DNA from: Mobula hypostoma
Taxonomy: Eukaryota
NCBI RefSeq assembly: GCF_963921235.1
Contig: NC_086109.1
Coordinates: forward strand, 35,590,001 to 35,654,000
Direction: 5' to 3'
DNA length: 64,000 nucleotides
Every line of letters starts with the position of its first letter. Position 1 is the stretch's first letter. Of this stretch, positions 35,020 through 48,060 are shown piece by piece. The notes under the pieces are model-generated. The model saw only the letters and a program-made list of their open reading frames with translations. It had not been told where the DNA came from and searched no databases. A program made the position numbers and the translations under genes.

Positions 35020-36985
35020 GTCAAAAGCAAAGTAAATTTACCATCATCATATACTACCTTGAGATTCATTCATAAATAAAGATCCACAAACCTTACCTAA
35101 TTTTATCCTCCATGATTTACTCCCCTCCTACATATATCCACAACATTTCTCATGCTCTTGATCTCAATAGCTTTCAATTCCCTGGTCCCAGTTGTCTCGT
35201 TTTCATTGTGGATGCCCAGTTCCTATAAACTTCTATTGCCCATCAAGAAGACCATAAAGCTCTTCCCTTTTCTAACTTGACAACAGAGCAGATCAGTTCC
35301 TCTCCACCACCATTTTCCTCTGCCTGGTGGAACTGATCCTCACCCTCAACAATTTCTCTTTTAGCTCTTCTCACATTCTCCAAATCAACACCTCCTTCCC
35401 CTTTCTCCATCTCTCTGTCTTCATGATTGGAGACAATTAGCCTACTGCCACTTGCCCATTCACTTCCTCCCTCACCTCCATTCAGGATTCTAAGCAATCC
35501 TTCTAGGTGAGGCAACATTTCACCTCTGTATCTGTTGGGGTCATCAACTGTATCTGATGCTCCCAAAGCAGCCTGTTCTACATTGATGAGACCCAATGTA
35601 GGTTGGGGTCTGTGTTGTTGTGCTCTTCAGTTTGATCCACAAGGATCAGAATTTCTAGGCGGCCAACCATTTTATTATCTCTCCCCATTCCCGTTCAACA
35701 TGAGAATCCATAGCCTCTTCTTTTGCCATGATGAGGCAACTCTCAGGCTTGAGAAGCAATACCTTATATCCCATTTAGGTAGCCTCCAACCTGACTGCAT
35801 GAATGTCGATTTTTCCAACTTCTGGTAATTTGTTTCCCTTCCCCCCTCCCTCTTCTTCATTTTGCCATTTTGACTTCTTACTTCTGCTCATCTACCCCTG
35901 CTACCCCTCTTCCTTCCCTTTCTTCCATAATCCACTCTCCTCTCCTGTCAGATTCCTTCTTCTCCAGTCCTTATCAGCTCCCAGCTTTTTAATTCATCGC
36001 CCCCGTTCCCCCACCCTCCTGGATTTACCTATCACCTTTTAGCCTGTTCTCCTTCCTTCCCCCCTCCTTATTCTGGCATCTTCCCCCTTCCTTTCCAGGG
36101 TCTCGGCTCAAAACATCGACTGTTTATTCATTTCCATAGATGCCGCCTGAACTGCTGAACTGCTCCAGCATTTTGCGTGTATTGCTCTGGATATCCAGCA
36201 CCTGCAGGATCTCCTGTGTTTATAAACAACGTATGACAAAAAGATCAATGTCCAAAAGAAACCAAATTGTGCAAAATAATACTGAGAACATAAACTGTGG
36301 AGTCCTTGAAAGTGAGTCTGTAGATTTTGGAATCAGTTCAGAGTTTTGGTGAGTAAATTATCCATGCTGGTTCATCAGCCTGATGGTAGGAGGGTAATAA
36401 ATGTTCCTGAAGCCAGTGGTGTGGGACTTAAGGCTCCTGAACCTCCTGTTTGACGGCAGCAGTGAGAAAAGAGCATGGCCAGGTTGGCGGGAGTCCTTGC
36501 TGCTTGTAAATCTGCTCAGTGGTGGGGAAGACTTTGGACTGGGCTGTATCCACCACTTTCTGTAGACATTTCTGTTCTTGGTCATCGGTGCTTCCACATC
36601 AGGTCGTGATGAAAACAGTGAGGATACTCTCAAATGTGTATTGATGGAGGTTTGTCAAAGTGTTTGGTGACATGCCAACCCTACGCAAACTTCTAAGAAA
36701 ATAGAGGTGTTGTCCTGCATTCTTTGTGATGGCACTTATGCGCTGGTCCCGGGACATGATAACCCCAAGGAATTTAAAGTTTCTGACCCTCCACCTCTGA
36801 TCCCCTGTTGAGTGCCTGCTTACGGAGCTCCAGCTTCTTCCTCCTGTGGTTGATAATCAGGTCTTTGGTTTTGCTGATGCTGAGTGAGGCATCCTTGTTG
36901 TGGTCCCATTCAGCCAGATTCCCAGTCTCCGTTCTATACGCTGAATCATCACAACCTTTGATTTGGCCAGCAACAGAGGCCATCA
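35020..36985 (-). mobile_element. Rex1/Babar-type LINE, interrupted by a Penelope-like copy
   Basis: Tail at 35020-35070; resumes at ~36223; peptides GHALFSLLPSNRRFRSLKSHTTGFRN and GQIKGCDDSAYRTE..NLAEW...SKTKDLII. Confidence 0.78.
35079..36221 (+). mobile_element. Older Penelope-like copy with internal deletion
   Basis: Starts aagatccacaaacct (KIHKP); RT fragments; HSLFFCHDEATLRLEKQYLISHLGSLQPDCMNVDFSNF; pLTR with tail. Confidence 0.85.
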
Positions 36986-37239
36986 GAGAACTCACTCAAG
37001 GCTGCGAGTACTTTTCATCCGACCAGGAGCTAAACCTATCAATGTATTCACTACTAGTAGCTGGTGATTAGGTTTGACTCCATTCAGTATTAAACCATGC
37101 ACTTCATTAAATCAAGTCTTCCAGTATCTGCAGAAACCTTTGAAGACTTCATTCCATCTCTTAAGTTCCAGTTCATGAGTATAATAGAACAGTCACTGCT
37201 TGACTGGATGAAACACTCTCTAAATTCAGACCTATTGAA

Positions 37240-37650
37240 GATAAGGAAATCCACTGGATTGGCAGCCCATCCAGCTATTTAAAGAATGAATCCATCTATC
37301 ACTTGCAAACTGCGGCAGCAGTCTGTTCCATGTACTAAAAGCAATGCAGATGCTCCCCCGCGCCCCCCCCCCCGACTACTCTGGTATCAGCTTCCAAATC
37401 TGACTCTTGACCACAAAGAACATTAAAGGCAGAAAAATGCATTGGTACGCTGCCAACTGCAGATCACACTTGATAATACATACCATCCTGATGAAGAAAG
37501 ATACCACTGCTTCCTAACTTCTGCTGGTTCTACACCACTGGGATGTACATTTCCCAGAATGCAGTAGATCAAGAAAGTGGCTCACATCACTTACAGTAGA
37601 CTATTATTGATGAGCAATAATTCTCAAGAAATAGAAATAAAATGAGAAAA
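37240..37650 (+). mobile_element. Ancient LINE 3'-end remnant (family uncertain)
   Basis: Resembles an abundant old chondrichthyan LINE tail as recalled; a similar relic lies at ~13000-13115. Confidence 0.3.
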
Positions 37651-40019
37651 AAAAGGGTTTGTGTTGGTGATACCTGGCAGTCTTTCAACTAAACAATCAA
37701 CTGCTGTCTCGAATCAGCTCAGTGCTGCACAAAAAAGAATATGTGGTCAAGTATAATAGCAATCTAGCCCAATGCTGCTCGTGATTATCACATTTAATAA
37801 TCTGTCTAAATATTATAACATTCGACCATTATTAATTTCTGGTTGGTCACTCTGAAAGCTAATAAATACTTCCAAGATGCATCCTTGTAGGTTTGTGGAA
37901 GAAGCAATGTAAAATTTTAATATTTCAAATAAATGGAATTAAACAGAAATAAATTTGTGACTTACCAAAGCATACAAGACTTAAATGTAGTACTAAAACA
38001 TGCAAAACTCGTATGTGGTGGATTAATTTGAAGAGACATTGAACTTGTTCTGAGTATCCTGTCTATTTCATATACGCAGGGGTGCTACATGTCAGTTGAA
38101 CAGAAAATAAATATATTTAATGTGGCAGTTATGTCTGTTAGAAATATTACAAAAAGCAAATCACCTTCTTCATTACTGTCAGATCTGGGCTGACTGTTAT
38201 ATATCACCTTCACTGTGTTGGTCATAATACAATTACATGTACAATATGCCTCAGCAGGATTTGAGTCTGTGATGTGTGTCAGATAAACAGAGCATGTAAA
38301 TAGGTTTTTCTCCGTTAATCTTTGATATAAATAATTGGCATGACAGAGTGCATGCAGGAAGCAAAGATAGGATGATTGCTTCTCTGGAGTGAACTTTCTG
38401 TTTTTTTTAAATGGAAGGAACATCAGTTCACCTCTATTGTCAGTCGTTTTGTTTTACACCTTCTACCTGTAGGCTTCACACAAGCACAGAACAGGAAAAA
38501 CACCACCATTATCCTTGAGGGTGTGGAGAATCTCGTTATTATAGGTTGTGTTCGTATGTTCAAGTTTAATAGTTGGGGTAGTTAGTCACCATAACTGGCA
38601 ATCCATCTGTAGTTCTAGTAGGTGAATGTGGAGACTATTTTTTAATTTGCTATTTTTTTTGGAATATGGCCAAATATAAGTAATATTATGCAGTGGATAA
38701 CTATATACAGCAAAGCTTCCTTGAACCATTTTATTAAAGAGAATCCTTTTAACGATGGCAGGGTATCACTGAATATACTATAATGAGATTCTTTTCAATT
38801 TTCTGATACATTACATTCAAATTAATATATTGAATGACTGTAATATGATATTGGTTAATACAAATCCTAATTTAAGATTGGTAGCTCCGCTGGATTGTCT
38901 TTGAGCCTTCTTGAAGTAATTGATTCCCTAGGGGCACTGCTGCTGACAACTTGATGAGAAAAATACTATATGCATGTTCTGTTCCTCAGAGCCATTACTC
39001 AGGGTCTGTTGCTTGTATAGAGATGTGGTCTGTAATAAGCACCATGACTGGGGTCTCTTTCTAGCCTGTAGTCATGTATTAATTATTCTTAAAGCAGATT
39101 TAAAACTACTAGTTATGAATGTAATTCTTTTATGTCAAATTAAAGACTGTTTAATCAGGACAAAGAGCTGTTACAGAAAAAGTGACGATCACTTTTGATC
39201 CGTCACAGAATAAAGTGATTCAATCGCAACAAGGTCCATATCTGTTAGTCCTGGATAGTTGAAAGTCCTCTCAAATTAAACACAATTCTCTGCTTTTTCC
39301 TAATAATCCGGTGAATATTTCCTTTTCAGACATAAATCCACCCCCTACTGGAAAATTACCAATGATTTTTTTTTGGCATCCTTTCAGGTGGGTTGAAATC
39401 CAGAGTGAACAAAGTATAATGTTACAGCTTAATCTGTCCTTGTCATAAAACAGCACCGCCAAATAAGTTAACATTAATCCTTTTGACGAGTGTTGTTTCA
39501 TTTGGTTGTATATATGTAGTCAGATGAAAATAAACTTGAACTAGAATTTGAACTTTTTCTTCACTTGGATGTAATTGCTAAGAAGTACGGGTCACTAAAT
39601 GGTTTCACCATGTGATCTATGGCTCCAACCAGAATGATTTCCAGATTGAAGCTTTCATAACTGCATAACTGACCTACTAAGTATGCATACTGTATAATCC
39701 AAAAAAAAACTTGGAAGTGTTGTCCATACACATGATTTACATAATTGGATAATGCTGTGCTTGTCTGGAACCTTCCAAAGGTTGACTTGCCACACACATG
39801 GAGAAACGAGATTGAAAATTATGAAGTTTGCAGTCCACCGAGAAGAAATCAATTTTAATCGATAGAAAAGCACAGAAACGCTTCTGTCTGCAGAGATGTG
39901 AAACAAAGGTTTGGGGCTAATTTTAAATAAAAATGAGAGGTGGTGAAATGTCTAATATGCTACTTGGTGACTTTTCATCTTGTTTATTAAGGAAGAATGT
40001 GCAGTCATTTTCATAGTCA

Positions 40020-40875
40020 AAGAGAGAAGTTATATGAGATTCTGAATGAAATAAAAATAATCAAGTGGAATTAGTAGAGATGAGTTTTATTTAAAATTTG
40101 ATAAGTTACCAGGTCTAGGAGGAATGCAAAGAGGTTGCTGAAGAAAGCACTGTATGGGTGGAAATTGCACAAGTGCTGATAGGAAGAGGACTTGACACTT
40201 GTAAATGTTTTACTCTTATTCAAAAAGAATAGAAGGACAAACCCAGCAATTATAGGCTGGTCAGTGGTGGATAAGGTTTCAGCAGCAAAAATTAACGGAA
40301 ACCTGTGCAATTGTGGACTTAATGCCAGATAAGAAGAAATCTGTTAAAATCCAATAAACTGCCCTGAGAAAGTTCAGTAAACAGTTCAGTGGCCCCATAA
40401 ATGAGAAATCGGTTTGGGAAGTCATGGGGAAAAGTTGCAGTTTTGGACCAGAAGGAACACAGTTTTGTTCTGCAGTGCATGCTTCTGAGACCACTTCTTT
40501 TTCTGACCTTTAATAATGACTTGAATTTGAATGAATAGAGAACCATTTCAAAATCTACACACAAAACAAAACTTGGAAATATGATAAACAGAAAGAAATT
40601 CAGTAATGGGTTTTAGGTGGAAATGGGCTGTTTGCAGAATAGGTAGCTACATGGGAAGAGTGAAATGATACATGGATCACTCTGCCAGGGTTAATGGTAG
40701 AGGAAGGTACATTAAAGACATTTAAGAAACTCTTAAATAAGCACATGGATGATAGAAAAACAGAGGACTATTTAGGATGGAAAGGTTAGATAGATTTTAG
40801 AGTAGGTTAAAAGGTCAGCACAACATCATCAGCTGAAGGGCTTGTACTGTGCTGCAATTTTCTAAGTTCTATGAT
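40020..40875 (+). mobile_element. Highly decayed CR1
   Basis: ttattcaaaaagaatagaaggacaaacccagcaattataggctggtcagt (LFKK....P.NYR.VS); CR1 3' UTR at 40700-40872. Confidence 0.6.
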
Positions 40876-40944
40876 ACATTTCATGGAGACACATGGATTC
40901 TAGAAATCTAAGAGTGCCACAGAACAGAGGGACACACTGCGTAT

Positions 40945-41700
40945 ATGATGGGAGCCGCTCCCTCAATGTCAGCAAGACCAAGGAGCTCATTATTGACTTC
41001 AGGAGGAGGAATCTTGAGGTCTGTGAGCCAGTCCACATCAGGGGATCAGAGGTGGAGACACTCAGCAACTTTGAAATCCTCGGTGTTATCATTTCAGAGG
41101 ATCTGTCCTAGGTAGAGCACTTAAGTGCCATTATAAAGAAAGCATGGCAGTGCCTCTGCTTTCTAAGAAGTTTGCGAAAATTCGGTTCATCATCTAAGAC
41201 ATTGTCAAGACTTTGAATGTGTGGTGGTGAGTATATTGACCAGTTGCATCATGGTCTAGTATGGGACTACCAATGCCTTTGAATGGAAAAGCCTACAAAA
41301 GTCGTGGATCACATGTAAATTATTCTGTACCAGTGTGCACACCTGCATGGAGTACTGTTGCGGGAAAGCCACATCCATCAACATGGACCCCCACCATCCA
41401 GGCCATGCTCTCTTCTCACTACTGCCATCGGCAATGGAGGTATAGGAGCCTCAGAACCCAACAGCCAGTTCAACCCTTCAACCATTATGTTCTTGAACCA
41501 GAGGGAATAACTTCACTCATCTTCACTTGCCCCATCACCAAACTGCTCCCACCTTTAAGGACTCTACATCTCATGGTCTCAATATTTATTGCTTATTCAT
41601 TTAATTTTTTGCATTGTTTTTCTTTTGTTGTTGTCTGTTGCATACTGGTTGTTGTCCATCCTATAGGGGACAGTATTTCATTGACTCTATGGTGCATGCC
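40945..41700 (+). mobile_element. Rex1/Babar-type LINE 3' fragment
   Basis: SLNVSKTKELIIDFRRR...LGVIISEDLS; ccatccaggccatgctctcttctcactactgcc. Confidence 0.8.
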
Positions 41701-42711
41701 TTATTTTGGTCACATGACCATCAAGTCCATCATCCAAATCATTGACATATAACATCAAAAGAATTGGTCCCAATACCAACCCCTGCGGAACACCTCTTGT
41801 CACTGGTAGCGAACCAGAATTAGAATCCTTTATTCCAAGTCCTTACCTCCTTCTAGTCAGCCAATCTTCTCTCTGTGCTAGTGTCTTTGCATGGGTTCTT
41901 ATCTTGTTAAGCAGCCTGATTTACTGGATCTTGTCAAAGACCTTCTGAAAATCATAGTAAACAGCATCCACTGACTCTCTTTTGTTTCTCCTACCTGTTC
42001 TTTCCTCAAAGAATTCCAACATATTTGTTGGGGAAGATATCCCCTTAAGGAATCCATGCTGACTTTGGCATACTTGATCATGTACCTCCAAGTACCCCAT
42101 AAACTCATCTTCAAAATCTGGACTCCAACATCTTCACAACCTTTGAAGTCAGACTAACTGGCTTACAGTTTCTTTTCTTCTGCCTCTCACCTTCTTAAAG
42201 ATTGGAGTGACATTTGTAATTTTCCAGTCCTCTGGAACCATTCCAAAATCTATTATTACTATGATTATGAGGACACGCAGTCCCCTTTTATTGTCATTTA
42301 GTAATGCATGCATTAAGAAATGATAAGATGTTTTTCCATCTAGTGAAATATCATTAATAATAGCTTCACAATCTCTTCAGCTACTTCTTTCAGAACACTA
42401 TGGTATATTCCAGCGGGCTCAAGTGATCTGTTTACTTCTAGACCTTCTAGCTTCCCAAGCACCTTCTCTTAGTAATAGCAACAACACTTGCTTCTTCCCC
42501 CGACACTCAAAATTCTGGCATACTGTTAGTGTCTTCCACAGGGAAAAGAAGACTGATGCAAAATACTTATTCAGCTCATCCTCCATTTCTTTATCCCTCG
42601 TTACCACCTCTCCAGCATCATTTCCTGCAATCCAATATCGACTCATCTTTCTTTTACTCTTTATATATCTGAAAAACATTTGTCATCCTCTTTTTATTAT
42701 TGGTTAGCTTT

Positions 42712-44515
42712 CAGAACTAGAATCAGAATCAGATTTGTTATCACCGGCATGTGACGCGGAATTTGTTAACTTATCAGCAGCAGTTCAATGCAATACATAA
42801 TCTAGCAGGGAGAGAAAAAAAAATATATAAAATAAAACATAATAAATAAACAAGTAAATCAATTAAGTATATTGAATAGAATTTTTTAAAAATGTGCAAA
42901 AACAGAAATGCTGTATATTAAAAAAGTGAGGTAGTGTCCAAAGCTTCAATGTCCATTTAGGAACTGGATGGCAGAGGGGAAGAAGCTGTTCCTGAATCGC
43001 TGAATGTGTGCCTTCAGGCTTCTGTATCTCCTACCTGATGGTAGCTGTAAAAAAAAGAGCATGCCCTGGGTGCTGGAGGTCTTTAATAATGGACCCTGCC
43101 TTTCTGAGACAGCACTTCCCAATGATGTCCTGGATACTTTGTAGACTTGCATCCAAGATGGAGCTGACCAGATTTGCAACCCCTTCTGCAGCTTCTTTCG
43201 GTCCTGTGCCATAGCCCCCCCCCCCACCCCCCGCCATACCAGACAGTGATGCAGCCTGTCAGAGTGCTCTCCACGGTACAGCTATGGAAGTTTTTTGAGC
43301 TGTTACGATTTTGTAACGTACCAGCAGCAGGAGATGACAAATTGAGTCGGGTTCTAATATTAAAACCATCATATTTATTTACATCTACTCAAAAATATAG
43401 AAAATTAAATAAACTACTTTCTTGAAAATAAGTTAATAGTTTTATGCGTCTATAGCTCCCTTAGAGTTAAACTTAGAATCCATTCTTAACAAATCTTACT
43501 CAAGCACAGTCGTAAAGTGGCAGTTCAGAGAATCCCAGTAATTCATGAAATAGGTGAGAGGAGAGACTTGTGGATTCACAGTGCAGCGATGAGGCGATCA
43601 CAATGAATACCAAAGATTCCACGGCTAGCGAACAAAGAAATGGTAACTGAAGATCCCAGTCGAGGAATACTGTTCAGAAGTCTACGAAGAGCGATTTCAC
43701 AAAGTGACTGTCATGAAATCCACACCCATGGATCATACGAAGGATAGCTATGTCTCCCAAATGCACAGTGTGTCACTGATTAACCCAATCCTTTGGGTCT
43801 GGGTAAGCAATAGACTTTACCCTTCTCGATCGTGATCTGTTCCCAGATAGCTCAATGTCTGTGATCTTCACTCTCTCTCTTTCCTTCGACTCCCTCTTTT
43901 ATACTGTCGGCATACGTCATAAGGTAACGCTCACAGAAACGAAACTGGGACCTCCCAGTAAAACGAAACTGGGGACACGTGACGCCTACAATAAACTAAA
44001 CTATGGATTCCCAGGAAAAGGAAGCTGTGGACACGTAACAGAGTGTATTTGTTGACATGCCAAATCTCTTCAAACTCCTAATATAGTCGCTGTCTTGCCT
44101 TCTTTATGACTACATCAATATGTTGGGATCCTCAGAGATCTTGACACCCAGGAACTTGAAGCTGCTCACTCTCTCCACTTCTAATCCCTCTATGAGGATT
44201 GGTATGTGTTCATTCGTCTTACCCTTCCTGAAGTCCACAATCAGTGCTTCGTCTTACTGACGTTGAGTGCCAGGTTGTTGCTGCGGCACCACTCCACTAG
44301 TTGGCATATCTCACTCCTGTACGCCCTCTCGTCACCACCTGAGATTCTACCAACAATGGTTGTATTGTCAGCAAATTTATAGATGATATTTCAGCTGTGC
44401 CTAGCCACACAGTCATGTGTATATAGAGAGTAGAGCAGTAGGCTAAGCACACATCCCTAAGGTGTGCCAGTGTTGATTGTCAGTGAAGAGGATATGGTAT
44501 CACCAATCCTCGCAG
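42712..44515 (-). mobile_element. Rex1/Babar-type LINE, interrupted by a solo LTR
   Basis: (agaatc)n tail at the left end; LPSGRRYRSLKAHIQRFRNSFFPSAIQFLNGH; resumes at 44041; KFADNTT-coding segment near 44360-44378. Confidence 0.9.
43301..44040 (-). mobile_element. Solo LTR (740 bp), probably Gypsy-type
   Basis: Termini tgttacg...cgtaaca (7-bp perfect inverted repeat); 4-bp TSD gagc/gagt; Rex1 sequence rejoins exactly when it is removed; minus-strand TATAAAA (~43897) and AATAAA (~43374). Confidence 0.85.
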
Positions 44516-45189
44516 ACTTTCTTTTATATTTCATCTTTTCTCTCCTTACGGCTTTTTAATTGTCTTCTGTTAGTTTTTAAAACTTCCCAATCCTCTATCT
44601 TCCCACTGTTTTTTGCCATATTTTAAGCCCTCTCTTTTGCGTTTATGCTGTCTTTGACTTCCATTGTAAGCAATAGTTGCAGCATCCTCTGTTTAGATAC
44701 TTCTTCATCTTTTGGAACTATCTATCCTGTGCCTTCTGAATTGCCTCCAGAAGTTCCCACTGTTGCTATTCTACCATCATCCCTGATAGTGTCCTCTTCG
44801 AGTCAACTTTGGCCAGCTCCTCTCTCACACCTCTGTAATTCCCTTTACTACAGTGTACTGCTGATATATCTAACTTTATCTTCTCCCTCACAAACTGCAG
44901 TGTGAAGTCAATCATATTATGATTACTGCCTTCTAAGGATTCCTTTATCTTAAGCCCCCTAATCAAACCTAATTCAGTACACAATACCCATTCCAGAATT
45001 GCCTTTCACCTAGTGGTCTCAACCACAAGATGCTCTAAAAAGCCACTTTATAGGCATTCTAAAAATTCCCTCTCTTAGGATCCAGCAATGTTTCAGTTCA
45101 GTCATGGACTGAATGAGGAGAAATATGGATAAAATTTGAGATTACTTCATTAGTTGTTAAAACATTGCTGATTCTAGCTAAACATGACA

Positions 45190-45925
45190 TTTGCGGATTT
45201 GGTTAAATCAATTGAACATTATAAATGCCCCATCCTAAATCTCAATGTTAAATGGTAAATGTGAGATAGTCTGATCTCAACTTTATGGCAGACCTGAAAT
45301 GGATGGCCGAACACAGTATGTGTTGTATAAATGTATGGTAGATATTGTAGGATCCTATATGTTGTGGAAAACTGGATATTGCCTATGCAGTGGAAACAGC
45401 ATTAAAGTACAGGATTTTCTACATCACCCAGGCGAGTTCCTAGGAGTTAAAAACTGGAGTCTATGTCTTCAGCACATTCAGGAAATGGAAGAATTTCATG
45501 AAGGACAGATGTTATCTTTGTGGCAGCACACAGCATCAAATAAATGAGTGCAGACACAAACAGACTCTTTGCCAGAATTCTGATATCAAGGAACATTTGT
45601 AAGCAGCACCAGCCATTCCTGGAATGAAGACAGATGGAACCATCAGGTTCTGTGAAGATTACAAGATAACAATAAAGAAGAGCGCAAAGGTAGGCAGATG
45701 CCACTGAAATCTGATGGAGGTTATTTGTCCCTCATTAGGAGGAGCACATATCCTCACATTTTAACCTGCAGATTGATTTGGGTAAACATTTGAATAAATA
45801 TGAATAATAATGATGAAAATTCACATGGACTGCTCCAAAGTATTAGACTTCCTCTAGAGATAGCATGAGCTCCAGGCATTTTCATGAGACAAGGGATAAT
45901 CTGATTCAAGATTTGGCAGGCATGA
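45190..45925 (+). mobile_element. Fossil Ty3/Gypsy internal region (gag zinc knuckle + RT)
   Basis: 45510-45551 encodes CYLCGSTQHQINEC (CX2CX4HX4C); 45603 onward AAPAIPGMKTDGTIRFCEDYKITIKK; ~45823 onward HGLLQSIRLPLEIA*APGIF. Confidence 0.8.
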
Positions 45926-46234
45926 GAAACTAACTATGAAGTCTGGAAAGACAGAGCAGAAACAAATGGAAAATTTAGAGAGTGTGATATGACATTTTGA
46001 CATTTGACATTTTAACATTTGGGGCATACCCTCTTCATGTTACTGCAATCAGGGAGTATGTATAGGAGGCTGAAGACACACACTCAATGATTTATCAACA
46101 GCTTCTTCCCCTTCACTATCAGATTTCAAAACCTATGAACTCTACCTCATTATTCTTTTCTTTTACACTATTTATTTAGGATGCAGAAAAAAAATCATAA
46201 GGTCGCTACTGGGACGAGATGGGTTGAATTTATT

Positions 46235-47660
46235 TATTAAGGTATTTATTTATTTAACAATACTATGTAAAGTAGGCCTTACTGCCCCTTTGAGCCATGT
46301 CACCAGAGCAACCACCCGCCCCCACAAATCCAATTAGTCCTAATCACTGAACAATTTATAATGACTAATTAACTTACCTGGTATGTCTTTGGACCGTGGG
46401 AAGAAATCAGAGGACATAGAAACATAGAAACATAGAAAATAGGTGCAGGAGTAGGCTATTCGGCCCTTCGAGCCTGCACCGCCATTTATTATGATCATGG
46501 CTGATCATCCAACTCAGCACCCGGCACCAGCCTTCCCTCCATACCCCCTGATCCCCGTAGCCACAAGGGCCATATCTAACTCCCTCTTAAATATAGCCAA
46601 TGAACTGGCCTCAACTGTTTCCTGTGGCAGAGAATTCCACAGATTCACCACTCTCTGTGTGAAGAAGTTTTTCCTAATCTCAGTCCTAAAAGGCTTCCCC
46701 TTTATCCTCAAACTGTAACCCCTCGTTCTGGACTTCCCCAACCTAGGGAACAATCTTCCTGGCATCTAGCCTGTCCAATCCCTTTAGGATTTTATACGTT
46801 TCAATCAGATCCCCCCTCAATCTTCTAAATTCCAATGAGTACAAGCCTAGTTCATCCAGGACCTTCAGATGAAAGTCCTGCCATCCCAGGAATCACTCTG
46901 GTGAACCTTCTTTGTACTCCCTCTATGGCAAGGATGTCTTTCCTCAGATTAGGGGACCAAAATTGCACACAATACTCCAGGTGTGGTCTCACCAAGGCCT
47001 TGTACAACCGCAGTAGTACCTCCCTGCTCCTGTACTCGAATCCTCTCGCTATAAATGCCAGCATACCATTCGCCTTTTTCACCGCCTGCTATACCTGCAT
47101 GCCCACTTTCAATGACTGGTGTATAATGACACCCAGGTTTCGTTGCACCTCCCCTTTTCCTAATCGGCCACCATTCAGATAATAATCTGTTTTCCTATTT
47201 TTGCCACCAAAGTGGATAACTTCACATTTATCCACATTAAATTGCATCTGCCATGAATTTGCCCACTCACCCAACCTATCCAAGTCACCCTGCATCCTCT
47301 TAGCATCCTCCTCACAGCTAACACTGCCGCCCAGCTTCGTGTCATCCGCAAACTTGGAGATGCTGCATTTAATTCCCTCATCCAAGTCATTAATATATAT
47401 TGTAAACAACTGGGGTCCCAGCACTGAGCCTTGCGGTACCCCACTAGTCACTGCCTGCCATTCTGAAAAGGTCCCGTTTATTCCCACTCTTTGCTTCCTG
47501 TCTGCTAACCAATTCTCCACCCACATCAATACCTTACCCCTAATACCGTGTGCTTTAAGGACCTGTAGAAAACACATGCAATCCACAGAGATTCCTTTCA
47601 GAATGGCACCAGTATTGAACTCTGACTCCATAACACCCCAAACTGTAATACTGTGGGACA
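46235..47660 (-). mobile_element. V-SINE/HE1-like SINE split by a CR1 insertion
   Basis: atgtctttggaccgtgggaagaaatcagaggac | CR1 | aggacctgtagaaaacacatgca; aggac is duplicated at both junctions. Confidence 0.5.
46415..47558 (-). mobile_element. Young 5'-truncated CR1 with (TTTCTATG)n tail
   Basis: SGVPQGSVLGPQLF, KFADDTKLGG, LVRPHLEYCVQFWSP; tail catagaaa x3. Confidence 0.93.
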
Positions 47661-47679
47661 TACAAGTAGAGATAAGACA

Positions 47680-48060
47680 GCTGGGGCTTCAGTGCTTGGA
47701 GCATAGGAGGTTAATATCTTATAGAGGTATATAAAATCATGAGGGACATAAATAGGGAGAATGGCCACAATATTATTCCCCAGAATTGGGGGAGTCCAAA
47801 ACTAGAGGACATAGATTGAAAGTTGGAGAAAAAATATACAAAGGATACCTGAGGGGAACGATTTTCACACAGAGGATGTTGGTACATGAAATAAACTGCC
47901 AGATTAAGTGGAGGTTACAGGAACAATTGCAACAGTTAAAATGAATTCAGATGGAGGGATAGGGGTCCAATACAAACAAATAGGACTAGCTCAGACAGGT
48001 TGGTCGGCATAGATAAGTTGGGCCAAAGACCTTGTTATCCTGCCTTATTCATCTGTGATT
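47680..48060 (+). mobile_element. Old CR1 3' fragment
   Basis: atagaggtatataaaatcatgaggg...aaaactagaggacatagatt; same subfamily as 3240-3555. Confidence 0.7.

Larger units (their letters stand above)
41705..45085 (-). mobile_element. CR1 ORF2 fragment, interrupted by Rex1 and a short LINE tail (42251-42337)
   Basis: Peptides FFRYIKSKR...EMEDELNKYFASVF and KESLEGSNHNMIDFTLQF...KGNYRGVREELAKVD. Confidence 0.82.

Noticed and set aside
37966..38084. Possible minus-strand exon (AG...GTAAG, one open frame HPCVYEIDRILRTSS...)
   Set aside because: Unrecognised peptide, weak acceptor and no partner exons found.
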